Source: Armatimonadota bacterium (GTDB taxonomy: Bacteria; Armatimonadota; UBA5829; DTLH01). Taken from it: DNA of 64,000 bases. The notes below the pieces were generated by a model, which was given only the letters and a program-made list of their open reading frames with translations, was not told the DNA's origin and ran no database searches. Shown here piece after piece: positions 20,171-30,561 of this stretch; the stretch's first letter is position 1, and every line of letters starts with the position of its first letter. The position numbers and the translations under genes were made by a program. The DNA lies in contig JBDKSP010000021.1 in assembly GCA_039680575.1 (NCBI GenBank), positions 29,430-93,429 on the forward strand, given 5' to 3'.

Positions 20171-21112
20171 ATGAAGATATGTCCAGTATGCGGCGCCAAA
20201 AACAACCGGCACAGTTTAATATGCGGTAATTGCGGAGCATCATTCGAGTCTACCCCGGAGTTGCAACAGGCACCAGGCGAGGAAGTTTCCGATTTCGATG
20301 AAACTGTGACTCCATATAAACCAGCTGTCGGTGGTCCTGATATGGTCACAGCTTACCGCCCCGCAGTAGGAGGCCCTGCTGGGGTAGATGACGGTACATT
20401 ACAGGCAGCCAGACCTCTGGGTGGAGATAATCAGAAAAGCGATGAACCGCTTACAATGGTTGGGCAACCTTTGAACGCACAGTCACAAGTAAGTGGCGGA
20501 CCACAGACCGATCCTTATGGAACGATTAATACCCCTCGTAAGCTCAAGTATAGGGAGACTCCTGATCTGGCTCCGGTAAAATCTAACGTACTGGTATCAT
20601 CTATCGGCTCGATTATCATGCTCATCATCTTGCTGTCGGGAGGATGGTATTGTTACCAGAGGTTTGTAGTAAAACCCCGCCCGGTGCTTGAAGCTACACG
20701 TACCTTTATCGATGCGGGGGTCCAGGGTAATTGGCAGGCTATGCAGAGCACGGTGGATCAGAACTCATCTATGCTTCTGGCAAAAGTCTACAAGAATATG
20801 ACGGTCCGAAGGATTCCTGCCGGAGTAGATTTCTTCCTTACCAGGGGAGAGGGATTTACAGAAGGCAAGCAATATAAGGTAAAAGTCGTGAACATGACTG
20901 AAACGACTGCAAAGGTGCTGATTAGCCCCGGGCCGGATCCTATTCCAGCATTCGATGCAAATCAGATGCCGGTCAATTTCAAAGATGGCTACTATATAAA
21001 CTTGACGAATGTGAATGGCCAGTGGAAAATAAACCTGATGCAGTTTGTAATTGATCTGGCTTCATGCGGCGATCCATATGATGGTATGGCTAAGTATTTT
21101 GTTTCTCGCTAG
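20171..21112 (+). CDS. Zinc-ribbon / single-TM protein with an extracytoplasmic NTF2(DUF4878)-like domain
   Basis: CPVCG...CGNCG, a low-complexity linker, one TM and a C-terminal domain ending near GQWKIN. Confidence 0.72.
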   Translation: MKICPVCGAKNNRHSLICGNCGASFESTPELQQAPGEEVSDFDETVTPYKPAVGGPDMVTAYRPAVGGPAGVDDGTLQAARPLGGDNQKSDEPLTMVGQPLNAQSQVSGGPQTDPYGTINTPRKLKYRETPDLAPVKSNVLVSSIGSIIMLIILLSGGWYCYQRFVVKPRPVLEATRTFIDAGVQGNWQAMQSTVDQNSSMLLAKVYKNMTVRRIPAGVDFFLTRGEGFTEGKQYKVKVVNMTETTAKVLISPGPDPIPAFDANQMPVNFKDGYYINLTNVNGQWKINLMQFVIDLASCGDPYDGMAKYFVSR

Positions 21113-21320
21113 CTCATCGTTCAAAAATCAATATTGAAGCGATTATAATATTGTCGCCGGGGTCAATGATTAGGTCCCGGCGATTTACTGTCTGCCGACA
21201 TCCTCTTGACTAACTGCTACAAAACGGTCATACTTCTTTTGCATGAATAATAACTATGACTGCATCGGGTGTATATGGTCCGGCGCAGCGGAATATGTAT
21301 ATTAAAGGAGAAAACATGTC

Positions 21321-22343
21321 ATGAAGAAGTGCCCGAAATGCGGCGCAGACAATAAGCCTGACAGTTCGGCTTGTTATAACTGCTTTGCACCACTCACGGA
21401 TGTACGACCTGCCGCAACTCCCGGTCCTTTGAATGCTCAACCGCTGACCGGTCCTGAAAAGACTCAACCGATACCGCCTGCGCAGAATCAACAACCAACA
21501 GTATCTGTTCCATTGACTGGTGGTCAGACACCGCGTTCATCCGGACCATTAAACAGGCCGTTGAACGGTCCACTGAATGGTCCATTGACCGGCCAGTCAC
21601 AGGATGAAAACCAGCAGACAGTAGTCGGACAACCGTTGGGAGGGCAACAGCAGAAACCGCCGAGCCCTTATGGACCTCAGCCCGGACCATATGCTCCACC
21701 TTCTCAGCAGCAATATCGCAGGCGTGAAGAGTTCATAAGACCGGAGCCGGTAAAGAGTTCCGGACCGGGCGCGATGATCGCTATTATTCTGCTGGTTCTG
21801 GCGATAATAGGTGGTGGAATCTTCACATATATGAAGTACCACAAACCTGAAGACAATACTCCTATAGGTGTTGTTCGCGCGTTCACAAAAGCAGCTGAAT
21901 CCGGAAATAAACAGGAGATGAAGAAATATCTGACAAAGGGATCGGAGGATAGTAAGATGATTAACGGCTTATTTGATCCAGATCGATTGGCAGATAGCAG
22001 CAGCAGTCGCATTGGAAAGAAAACCTTCAAGGAAGGCATAGACTATACCCTGCAAGTTACTTCGAGCGGCAATAACAGAGCCATAGTATCGGAGATAATC
22101 CAACAGACTGGATACAGCAAAATCGAGTCTATACTAATGGAGCAGCCCAATGTATCTGCAAAGCAACGGCAGATGTTTATAGATTTATTCAAAAGATCCT
22201 TTCAATCAGGCATACCGGTTGTAACTGTAGTTGAAGATGGCAAGTGGAAGATTGATGGTCCGCAGACCGAACAAGCCCTACAGGAATTGCTGCAGAAGTT
22301 TATGGTGGAAATGTTCCGAATGATCCCGCAAATGACCAGATAA
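21321..22343 (+). CDS. Zinc-ribbon / single-TM protein, paralogue of the upstream gene
   Basis: CPKCG...CYNC, a P/G/Q-rich linker, one TM and EDGKWKID. AAGGAG SD. Confidence 0.75.
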   Translation: MKKCPKCGADNKPDSSACYNCFAPLTDVRPAATPGPLNAQPLTGPEKTQPIPPAQNQQPTVSVPLTGGQTPRSSGPLNRPLNGPLNGPLTGQSQDENQQTVVGQPLGGQQQKPPSPYGPQPGPYAPPSQQQYRRREEFIRPEPVKSSGPGAMIAIILLVLAIIGGGIFTYMKYHKPEDNTPIGVVRAFTKAAESGNKQEMKKYLTKGSEDSKMINGLFDPDRLADSSSSRIGKKTFKEGIDYTLQVTSSGNNRAIVSEIIQQTGYSKIESILMEQPNVSAKQRQMFIDLFKRSFQSGIPVVTVVEDGKWKIDGPQTEQALQELLQKFMVEMFRMIPQMTR

Positions 22344-22362
22344 AGCTCTTCGCAATGCAATA

Positions 22363-22398
22363 ATAAATCAAGCCCCCAATTATGGGGGCTTGATTTAT
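22363..22398. terminator. Bidirectional terminator hairpin
   Basis: Perfect 16-bp stem ATAAATCAAGCCCCCA / TGGGGGCTTGATTTAT. Confidence 0.8.
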
Positions 22399-22409
22399 AT
22401 AAGCTAAGC

Positions 22410-23702
22410 TTAACTCAACTGTCCTGATAAATATGCATCATACGCACTAAGGTCCAGGTAGCCGTTTCCGCTCAGGTTGAACAGAATTACCCGTTCCCTG
22501 CCTTCTTCTTTTGCCTTGAGTGCTTCATCGATTGCCGCGCGAACAGCGTGAGACGATTCCGGTGCAGGGATAATTCCTTCGGCTTTTGCGAAGCGGATAG
22601 CGGCATCGAAGACATCGAGTTGTGGATAGGCAACCGCCTCTATAAGCCCCTGGTCATAGCAAAGGCTGACTAGCGGAGCCATTGCATGGTATCTAAGTCC
22701 TCCGGCATGGATTCCAGGCGGGACAAAATCGTTTCCAAGGGTATACATCTTGAAAAGCGGCGTCATCTGCGCGGTGTCTCCGAACTCGTATCTGTATTCG
22801 CCCTTTGTGAGCGATGGACATGACGCCGGTTCGACTGCGATAGCTCTCAATTCTTTTCCCGCAATCTTGTCAGCAAGAAATGGAAATGCGATACCGCCAA
22901 AATTGCTTCCACCGCCGACGCAGCCTATGACTACATCAGGATAAGCGCCAGCCAGCTCCATCTGCTTTTTACACTCGAGACCTATGACTGTCTGATGGAG
23001 AATTACGTGGTTTGTTACGCTGCCGAGCGCATACTTGCCATTGTTTTTGATTGCGTCTTCGATGGCCTCGCTTATCGCCATCCCAAGACCGCCGGGAGTA
23101 TCCGGGTCCTTTTCCAGGAATTTCTTCCCAAACTCGGTATTTGTGCTCGGACTGGCATAAACTGTCGCACCGAACGTTTCCATCATGGACTTTCGATAGG
23201 GCTTTTGCTGATAACTGACCTTTACCATATAGACGGTACATTCGAGCCCGAAGATGCTGCATGCGAGAGACAACGCGCATCCCCATTGCCCGGCGCCGGT
23301 CTCAGTGGTAAGCCGCTTTACACCGTCCTTTTTGTTATAATAAGCCTGTGCGAGAGCGCTGTTCAGCTTATGGCTTCCTACAGGGCTCACACCTTCGTAC
23401 TTGTAAAAAATCTTTGCCGGGGTACCGAGTGCCTTCTCCAGCCGTAGTGCTCGATAAAGGGGCGAAGGACGCCAAAGAGATAGTCCTTCTAATACTTCAT
23501 CCGGTATGTCGATCCATCGCTTAGTGGACATCTCCTGTTCTATGATCGAATCGCAGAAGATCTGAGATAGATCATCCGGTCCCACAGGTTCTTTTGTTGC
23601 CGGATGGATCGGAGGGGGAAGAGGGACCGGCAGGTCCGCGGCGATATTGTACCATTGTTTTGGGATCTGGCTTTGTTCCAGCAAGAACTGACGCTGCTGC
23701 AT
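22410..23702 (-). CDS. trpB2: TrpB2-type tryptophan synthase beta-like PLP enzyme
   Basis: Motifs [35 protein letters not shown] and HAGGLRYH. Stand-alone, with no trpA. Confidence 0.92.
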   Translation of the reverse strand: MQQRQFLLEQSQIPKQWYNIAADLPVPLPPPIHPATKEPVGPDDLSQIFCDSIIEQEMSTKRWIDIPDEVLEGLSLWRPSPLYRALRLEKALGTPAKIFYKYEGVSPVGSHKLNSALAQAYYNKKDGVKRLTTETGAGQWGCALSLACSIFGLECTVYMVKVSYQQKPYRKSMMETFGATVYASPSTNTEFGKKFLEKDPDTPGGLGMAISEAIEDAIKNNGKYALGSVTNHVILHQTVIGLECKKQMELAGAYPDVVIGCVGGGSNFGGIAFPFLADKIAGKELRAIAVEPASCPSLTKGEYRYEFGDTAQMTPLFKMYTLGNDFVPPGIHAGGLRYHAMAPLVSLCYDQGLIEAVAYPQLDVFDAAIRFAKAEGIIPAPESSHAVRAAIDEALKAKEEGRERVILFNLSGNGYLDLSAYDAYLSGQLS

Positions 23703-23930
23703 TGAAAGAACTCTCCTTACTTATCGTAAAATCTGTCATTTCAACGTAAATTTATTCGTTATCACAAAAGAAATATCGGTTGAAATGTGAAAAATAATGA
23801 GGGAACATCAATGGCAGTGAGTTCGTCTAATAACCGGGCTTCCGTGGTATCTTCGACTGAAGAGATGGTCGGCAATTGCCGATTATTTGAAACGTAAGCT
23901 TCGATTTGACAATTTAAAAAGGAAAGGCAG

Positions 23931-24119
23931 GTGAATTGGATGCAGCTCACCCGATCCGTCGATTTGGTATTCCCTCGCAGCGGGCAGGTTGTTTCAGTTC
24001 AAGTGCCAGTGGATGTCTTCGATCAGGTAAGGCAGGTCAGTAAGTCGCTATTATCATTTGTATCATTTAGATACGCCTGTATTCCAATCGAGCTAATAAA
24101 CAGGTTGCATCCACAGTAA
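23931..24119 (+). CDS. Possible small hypothetical protein (62 aa)
   Basis: Purine-rich AAGGAAAGG before the GTG, and the stop is followed directly by a terminator. No recognisable family. Confidence 0.35.
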   Translation: MNWMQLTRSVDLVFPRSGQVVSVQVPVDVFDQVRQVSKSLLSFVSFRYACIPIELINRLHPQ

Positions 24120-24150
24120 AAAGGGTCCGGTTTCTTTCTGGACCCTTTTT
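24118..24150 (+). terminator. Rho-independent terminator
   Basis: AAAAAGGGTCCGG...CTGGACCCTTTTT. Confidence 0.75.
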
Positions 24151-24253
24151 ACTTGTACCTCTTCACTGCTTGTCAGGCATATTTATAGGCTTTTGTTGGT
24201 ATTAACAACAAAGATCGGCGCCGCTTGCAGAAAATGCAGAGGAGGTGTCTTGC

Positions 24254-24460
24254 ATGACGAGAGGTATGGGCGGGAGGTCGCCTGCGAACATCGCTAATTT
24301 CCTGGAAGGAATCGATTTTCCTGCATCCAAAGACGAATTGGTCAACCATGCCGAGGATAATAATGCGCCACAGGATATTATAGATATCCTGGAAAAGCTT
24401 CCCAATCGGGAGTATACGAGCATGGCTGATATAATGTCGGGTGTGGGACAGGTGGAATAA
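24254..24460 (+). CDS. DUF2795-family small protein
   Basis: FLEGIDFPASKDELVNHAEDNNAP...LEKLPNREYTSMAD. GGAGGT SD. Confidence 0.85.
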   Translation: MTRGMGGRSPANIANFLEGIDFPASKDELVNHAEDNNAPQDIIDILEKLPNREYTSMADIMSGVGQVE

Positions 24461-24532
24461 GGTCCAACCGCATCAAATTTGAGCCTCCGGGAGAAGCGGT
24501 GGGACTTCCGGAGGAATCCATCGCAATGATGC

Positions 24533-26557
24533 CTATAATTCGTTAGCCTGCCCAGACGCGCGCTTCAGAGCAGCCTTCAATTCCCTGTGAAGCCGTTCGA
24601 GTTCCTTTATATCTCCGACGGTTATGTCGCGTCCACTGTAGCGCATGGACCCGAATAGATTCGCGGTTTCAAGTGCTATTGCGCTTGCGTCATGCGAGCG
24701 TTTAGTTCCAGCTATAGCTGCTTCGCATGGAGTAAGGTCCTTGTTCTTTACCTTCAGGCTTCGAAGGATCGATTCATACCTTGCCACGAAGATAGAATGG
24801 AGCTTGCTGGGGCTGGAATGCCTTTCGAACGGACGAAGTTTCCTTATATCCGATACGAATATGATACCTGCGCCAATAATAAGCAATACGGACATCAATG
24901 GAAGTATGATCGACCCGCTCAATATATTGCGAAATAGTCGGCTGAAACTTGCGAATATTCGGCCAAACAGGCTCTCTGAATGTTCTCGGGTCAGTTCTGT
25001 CGGATCGAAAGTGACCCATCCACAGTCTGGAAAATAGACTTCCGCCCAAGCATGACGGTCCATATCACGTATTTTGAATACACCGGCATCAGTATCGTAG
25101 TCACCTGTCGCATATCCGGTCACGAGCCTTGCCGGGACACCTGTCTCTCTCATCATTACGACCATTGCGCTGGCAAAAACATCGCAATACCCGGTCCTGG
25201 ACTTGAAAAGGAAATAATCGACCGGGTCCTGCCCGGCTGGAGCGGGAGGCGCGTTCAGGTCATAAGTGCAGTGTTCTCCAAGGTATCTGTTGATAGCTAC
25301 AGCCTTGTCATACGGATTATCGATGCCGCGAGTGATATGCATAGCCAGCCTGCCGGCTTTTACGGTACTGGTTGTTGTCTGCAGAAAGAAGGATCTGATA
25401 CTCTCACTGTAATCAGTCGATGCTTTTCTCAAGCGGCTTTGGTCGGTAATCGGCATAGACGAGACTACGCGATAGCTCGGTAGGTTTCCGATAGCGGAAT
25501 AACTGTAATAGCAGTTGAAATCATTGCGTTTTAGGCCGGAGAATGGTCCCTCGATGGTTACCGGTTCAGTTGCAGCGATAACATCTCCTTCGATCAGAAT
25601 GCGAGGGTATATAATCTGTTCGATCAATTCTCCGTGTTCCGGCGGGATGGAGTTATAATGGTTCCAGCCATTACCGTACCTCCCGCTTACCTGTTCTATT
25701 GAGATTGGCATGTATTGCGCGGTTGACTTCCAGCCATGACCTGTATAGCGGTCAAATATATTGCTGCGCCAGTATGTCCCGTAAGTTTCGCCCGTTTTCA
25801 ATGAGTGAGATTTGATGGACATAACAACTTTATCGGTCAAATGAACAGGTCCCTGTGAAATCTGTAGTGTGCTCGAATCGTCAACAGAAGCCATCAATGT
25901 ACGGTCTCTTAGCTGTGTGAACTGAGGCATAGCTATGGAAAAGGCCTTTTTGCAGGCTAATCTGACCGGAATAACGGCGATGTAGCCCATCACAATCGAC
26001 AGGCAGGTGACAGCAATAGCCATCCTGAACCCCGGTTTGATCGATTGTTTGTTGCGTACAGGCTGGTGAGCCAGCGTAAATGTAGCAAGGACCAGATATA
26101 TTATGAAAGCCGCCATTATCTCTGAGTTTATGTTGTTTGTTGCCGTCAAGCTGATAAGGACGACGGCTGGGATAGACGAGAAAACGACCGCTTCGTCCGA
26201 GACGAGAGTGAAGCTCCTCAATACTTCCAGCCAGAGAAGCATAGATGCGAGTTTCATCTCGGAAGAACCGGCTGCATTTATGGGGATTATGAGTTCGTTT
26301 ATCGCACGGCCGCCGATTACCTGCAGGTAGACCAGTATGGCTGCGATTATGACTACAAACTCGATAAGGCGGGTAGTATAGCCGACCCTGCGAAGGATCA
26401 GGCTGGTAATATAGCCGATGCACATGAGTGTGCCTGTCAGAATGGCGAATGAGTTGTCGGACACCACCGAATTAAGCGCAGTCAATGCGCATAGCATAGT
26501 AGCAAGACCGGCGAGGTATAACGGATAACTGATGTCAGGTCCTGTCGTCCGTCTCAT
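24533..26557 (-). CDS. Membrane transglutaminase-like protein (TgpA-like)
   Basis: N-terminal TMs. Catalytic triad motifs GYCDVFAS, HAWAEVY and GWVTFDPT. Confidence 0.9.
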   Translation of the reverse strand: MRRTTGPDISYPLYLAGLATMLCALTALNSVVSDNSFAILTGTLMCIGYITSLILRRVGYTTRLIEFVVIIAAILVYLQVIGGRAINELIIPINAAGSSEMKLASMLLWLEVLRSFTLVSDEAVVFSSIPAVVLISLTATNNINSEIMAAFIIYLVLATFTLAHQPVRNKQSIKPGFRMAIAVTCLSIVMGYIAVIPVRLACKKAFSIAMPQFTQLRDRTLMASVDDSSTLQISQGPVHLTDKVVMSIKSHSLKTGETYGTYWRSNIFDRYTGHGWKSTAQYMPISIEQVSGRYGNGWNHYNSIPPEHGELIEQIIYPRILIEGDVIAATEPVTIEGPFSGLKRNDFNCYYSYSAIGNLPSYRVVSSMPITDQSRLRKASTDYSESIRSFFLQTTTSTVKAGRLAMHITRGIDNPYDKAVAINRYLGEHCTYDLNAPPAPAGQDPVDYFLFKSRTGYCDVFASAMVVMMRETGVPARLVTGYATGDYDTDAGVFKIRDMDRHAWAEVYFPDCGWVTFDPTELTREHSESLFGRIFASFSRLFRNILSGSIILPLMSVLLIIGAGIIFVSDIRKLRPFERHSSPSKLHSIFVARYESILRSLKVKNKDLTPCEAAIAGTKRSHDASAIALETANLFGSMRYSGRDITVGDIKELERLHRELKAALKRASGQANEL

Positions 26558-27768
26558 TGCCGTGCCTCATGAATAATAAGCTCGACATTTGCACCGGCCT
26601 GCTCCAGTTCAGCCACGGATACTTCATCGGAAGACTGTTTTCTTCCGAATGGCGCAGGATCGACCAGCGCTACTACGAGCCTGATGTTACGTGATACAGC
26701 TTCCATTACTGCTGCTATTGTTTCTTTTGTAGCCAGAGGCGAAATCAGTATTGCATCGGAACCACTGGAACATGACCTGACCAGGTCGATAGCGGAAAGT
26801 GATGAGTCGGCTTTTGCATCCGAAAGAGTGTTGAGCGCTGAGTTCATGCTGCCCGGGCTGTGGACATCTATGCCTAAGACAGCATTATTCCTGGGAATGA
26901 CTAACCTGGCTGGCCGCCTGTGATGCAGAAATAACTTGAGTGCAAAAGCCGCGGCACCGGCCGCTGTATTGAGTGATGTTACCGGCTCAGTTCCGTAGTC
27001 GCATCCCTTCATTAGATCAAACATGATTATCACCGAACCGATGGTGGAATCCTCGAACTCCATAACCGACAGACGCTGAGTGCGGGCGGTTGTTTTCCAG
27101 TGTATACGCTTGAACTCATCGCCGGAACGGTATTCACGGACGCCCGCAAAACCTCCTCTTGGCGCAACCCGGCCTGCGAGGTTCTGATGATCGAACTCCC
27201 TGTTTCCGCTTGCCATCAGGTCGGTCCTGAAGGGAATTGGTCTTGGATGCACTATCAATTCAGTGACGCCAGGCACCTGATGATTCAATCTGAGCATACC
27301 GAGAGGATCAGAGGCCAGCAGACTGGCCGGGCCTATCTGATACCGGCCGCGCCTCAGCGTTTTGAACGATGAATGTATCTCGACACTTTGTAAATGGAAG
27401 ACTTCCATTACAGTACTGTCTTCGGCTTCGACCCATTGGGGTAACTTGTCCTTCACAATGAGCTCGGAAGGCAGCCTGCCAAGACGACATTCGATCTCTA
27501 TAGCAGCGGACGCTCTTTCACCCTGTGTTGTTACCACCAGTGGCTCGCGTTTGACCGCGCAATTCCTAAGCAGGATGATGCCGATGATATAACTGGCGGA
27601 AGGCAGCGCGAGAAGTATCGTAGCCATAGTAAAGAGATATGTTACATTGAGTACGGTAGCTACGACAAGACAGAATAAGCCAGCCAGACAGGGACCGACG
27701 AACCTGGGGTTTAGGATCAGGCTGCCGGTATCCACTTTGATGTTTTTGATCGTATCACGAGCGTCCAT
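26554..27768 (-). CDS. DUF58 domain protein
   Basis: RRGRY, DPLG and GVREYRSGDEFKRIHWKTTAR. Lies in a MoxR operon. Confidence 0.9.
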   Translation of the reverse strand: MDARDTIKNIKVDTGSLILNPRFVGPCLAGLFCLVVATVLNVTYLFTMATILLALPSASYIIGIILLRNCAVKREPLVVTTQGERASAAIEIECRLGRLPSELIVKDKLPQWVEAEDSTVMEVFHLQSVEIHSSFKTLRRGRYQIGPASLLASDPLGMLRLNHQVPGVTELIVHPRPIPFRTDLMASGNREFDHQNLAGRVAPRGGFAGVREYRSGDEFKRIHWKTTARTQRLSVMEFEDSTIGSVIIMFDLMKGCDYGTEPVTSLNTAAGAAAFALKLFLHHRRPARLVIPRNNAVLGIDVHSPGSMNSALNTLSDAKADSSLSAIDLVRSCSSGSDAILISPLATKETIAAVMEAVSRNIRLVVALVDPAPFGRKQSSDEVSVAELEQAGANVELIIHEARQ

Positions 27769-28717
27769 ATCTCACCGGTACCGGGATAGATGATAAGATG
27801 TCACGAATAATATCAGCTCCGGCATCTGACTGCCAAGTGTCCTGAGATACTATCAACCTGTGTGAAAGCGTAGGGACTGCGGCTGCTTTAATGTCGTCGG
27901 GGAGCACGAAATCTCTTTCGGATACGGCTGCAAGCGCGCGGGATATACGCATAAGGGCAAGTGAACCACGAGGACTTGCGCCAACAAGCACGTCTCTGCG
28001 GTTCCTGGTCGATGTGACGATCTCCACGATGTAATCCTTGAGAGAATCATCTATATAAATATTTTTTACCTCTTCCTGCAGAGACGCAAGCTCATCAGGC
28101 GTTATTACGGGGGTAATTGCATCGATCGGATGCTCTTTCATATGGCTGTCAAGTACCGCGGTCTCGCTGTGTTTGTCAGGATAACCTATCGAGACTCTGA
28201 TGAGAAACCTGTCAAGCTGGGCTTCAGGAAGCGGGTAAGTGCTGCCATGTTCTATGTTGTTTTGAGTTGCAATCACAAGAAACGGTCTTGGAAGCGCTCT
28301 TGTCGTGCCGTCTACAGTGATCTGTAGTTCCTCCATACACTCGAGCAGAGCAGACTGAGTCTTCGGTGTAGCCCTGTTTATCTCATCTGCGAGGACGACG
28401 CTTGAGAATACAGGTCCCTGATGGAAATTGAACTCTCCGGTTTTCTGGTTGTAGATGGATGTTCCGGTAACATCGGACGGAAGAAGGTCCGGTGTGAACT
28501 GTATCCTGCTGAAGGAACTGCCGATAGCCTTTGCTACTGCCTTTGCGAGAGTGGTCTTTCCCACACCGGGAACATCCTCGATGAGTACGTGTCCTCCAGC
28601 CAGAAGGGAAGAAAGAACCATTCGCACTACATCATCTTTTCCGATTATCACGCTTCCCACTTTTTCCTGAACAGCCTGCATCCTGATACTTATGTCGTGA
28701 GCGCTCGTGGTATCCAT
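27755..28717 (-). CDS. MoxR-family AAA+ ATPase
   Basis: Motifs EDVPGVGKT, RIQFTPDLLPSD, DEINRATPKTQSALLE and YPLPEAQLDRF. Confidence 0.95.
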   Translation of the reverse strand: MDTTSAHDISIRMQAVQEKVGSVIIGKDDVVRMVLSSLLAGGHVLIEDVPGVGKTTLAKAVAKAIGSSFSRIQFTPDLLPSDVTGTSIYNQKTGEFNFHQGPVFSSVVLADEINRATPKTQSALLECMEELQITVDGTTRALPRPFLVIATQNNIEHGSTYPLPEAQLDRFLIRVSIGYPDKHSETAVLDSHMKEHPIDAITPVITPDELASLQEEVKNIYIDDSLKDYIVEIVTSTRNRRDVLVGASPRGSLALMRISRALAAVSERDFVLPDDIKAAAVPTLSHRLIVSQDTWQSDAGADIIRDILSSIPVPVRYGRS

Positions 28718-28997
28718 CCGTCTCCTCCTGTGGTTATAGTTTCATTACAGAACCTTGTTATATGACTGTCAAGCCAGGTGAATAGGTTCCGTCCGGCGTG
28801 AAAGATAATTGTCTCAGGTATTTGAGTTTATTTTATTACACGATTAACCTCCAGAGAGCTGTTATTAAACCAATAATTACTATTGAGGAGATGAATACTC
28901 AAGCGGCCGGTTTTCATCATGCAAAAACTGGTTGTATCGAGGATTCGACACTCCAATCTACCATAGAACAACTAAATTTAGGTGGAGTTTAGCACTT

Positions 28998-30479
28998 TTG
29001 GCAGATACAGTTAAACGAAAGAGCAGCTTTAGCGCGGCTCAAGGAACGGACAACAGTCCGAAAATGACATTCAGAGTAATATCTTACTTCGCTGGGATGA
29101 TCTTTGCGGTAGCGACTTATGCAATTGGTGTGTGGGGCTACTCTGCGGAGTCCGCCGCGATGGGGCAAAAACCATTACCAAGTCTATTGCTTCAGATCGA
29201 GGAAATTCTGCCGCGTCATCCATTTACATTCATTGCCTGGGCTTGCGGGATTACAGGGCTTTCCGTCATTATCGGCTATCTCTTCGACCGCCAGGTCTAC
29301 TTCAGAAGGCGGGCAGAGATGAAAGCGAATGTGGATGGGCTGACAGGCTGTTACAATCACCGCTGTTTTCAGGACAGATTGACTGCGGAGATAGAGAGAG
29401 CACAGAGGTACGGCAGGCGATTAGCCTTGGTGATGTTCGATCTCGATGATTTCAAAGCGTTCAATGACCGCAGGGGCCACCAGGAGGGTGACCGCCTGCT
29501 GAGTTGGTTCGGCGAGATATGCCGTGCGAATATACGCACTATAGATGTGCTGGCACGCTATGGCGGCGAGGAATTTGTTGTGATCCTGCCGGAAGCCGGA
29601 GCTGAGGAAGCAAAGGTTGCCGCAGACAGGATCAGGGAGGTATTGGAACGCGACGCATCGCTCAAATTCCCGGGGGTAGCTTCAGTCACGGTCAGTGCGG
29701 GCATCGCTGCATACCCCGAACATGGCCAGACTCGTCATAACATCATCCTTAACGCCGACACTGCGCTATATTACGCAAAGCGAACTGGTAAGAATAAAGC
29801 CCTTATCTATGAAGAGTCTTTTAAGCAATCATATCGCACTTCATCCGATACATTGAAGGCGCTATTGGTGGACCAGCCCATGGATGCCATAGAAGCATTA
29901 TCTGCTGCGGTAGATGCAAAAGACCGGTTTACCAAGGGACATTCGGACGCAGTGACTCGTTATTCACTTGCACTTGCATCTAAACTGGGGTTATCTCCTA
30001 CGGAAATCGAGAACCTTAAGGCCGCTGCGCTTCTTCATGACATCGGCAAGATCAGCACGCCCGAGTCTATCCTTCATAAGCCTGGTCCTCTCAAGATGGA
30101 CGAATGGCAGATGATAGAAGATCATCCCAAGATCGGTTCAGAGATACTTGAGAAGGTACAGCAGTTGAGCTCGATAGTCCCTGCAGTAAGGCATCATCAT
30201 GAAAGATATGATGGGCTGGGGTATCCTAATGGGCTTTCAGGAAAGAATATCCCTCTGATTGCACGGATAATAGGGCTGGCTGATGCTTATGATGCTATGA
30301 TCTCGGACAGAACTTACCGTAATGCGCTTTCAAAGGAAGATGCTCTGGAGGAGATCAAACGCTGCGCCGGGACTCAATTCGACCCGGAACTGGTCGACCT
30401 TTTTGTGGAGATCATAATATCCGGCAGTACCTCTGTGGATAAAAAGGACGATCATAAAGAGAAACCGGAAGCAGCTTGA
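28998..30479 (+). CDS. Membrane-anchored diguanylate cyclase / HD-GYP phosphodiesterase
   Basis: Two TMs, DGLTG, RYGGEEF, HDIGK and HHHERYDGLGYP. The start is uncertain (28932, 28998 or 29064). Confidence 0.92.
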   Translation: MADTVKRKSSFSAAQGTDNSPKMTFRVISYFAGMIFAVATYAIGVWGYSAESAAMGQKPLPSLLLQIEEILPRHPFTFIAWACGITGLSVIIGYLFDRQVYFRRRAEMKANVDGLTGCYNHRCFQDRLTAEIERAQRYGRRLALVMFDLDDFKAFNDRRGHQEGDRLLSWFGEICRANIRTIDVLARYGGEEFVVILPEAGAEEAKVAADRIREVLERDASLKFPGVASVTVSAGIAAYPEHGQTRHNIILNADTALYYAKRTGKNKALIYEESFKQSYRTSSDTLKALLVDQPMDAIEALSAAVDAKDRFTKGHSDAVTRYSLALASKLGLSPTEIENLKAAALLHDIGKISTPESILHKPGPLKMDEWQMIEDHPKIGSEILEKVQQLSSIVPAVRHHHERYDGLGYPNGLSGKNIPLIARIIGLADAYDAMISDRTYRNALSKEDALEEIKRCAGTQFDPELVDLFVEIIISGSTSVDKKDDHKEKPEAA

Positions 30480-30561
30480 TGGGAAAGTCGTCTATGTCCC
30501 GATAGCTAAAATCGGCTGTTTTTCCTTGCTTCTCAAGCAAGCATTTGTTATCCTTTTTGTT

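Noticed and set aside
24533..28717. MoxR-DUF58-transglutaminase trio as a novel system
   Set aside because: A widespread, already recognised gene arrangement.
28989..29015. CIRCE-like half site TTAGCACT
   Set aside because: The right arm is absent and the site is not in front of a chaperone gene.
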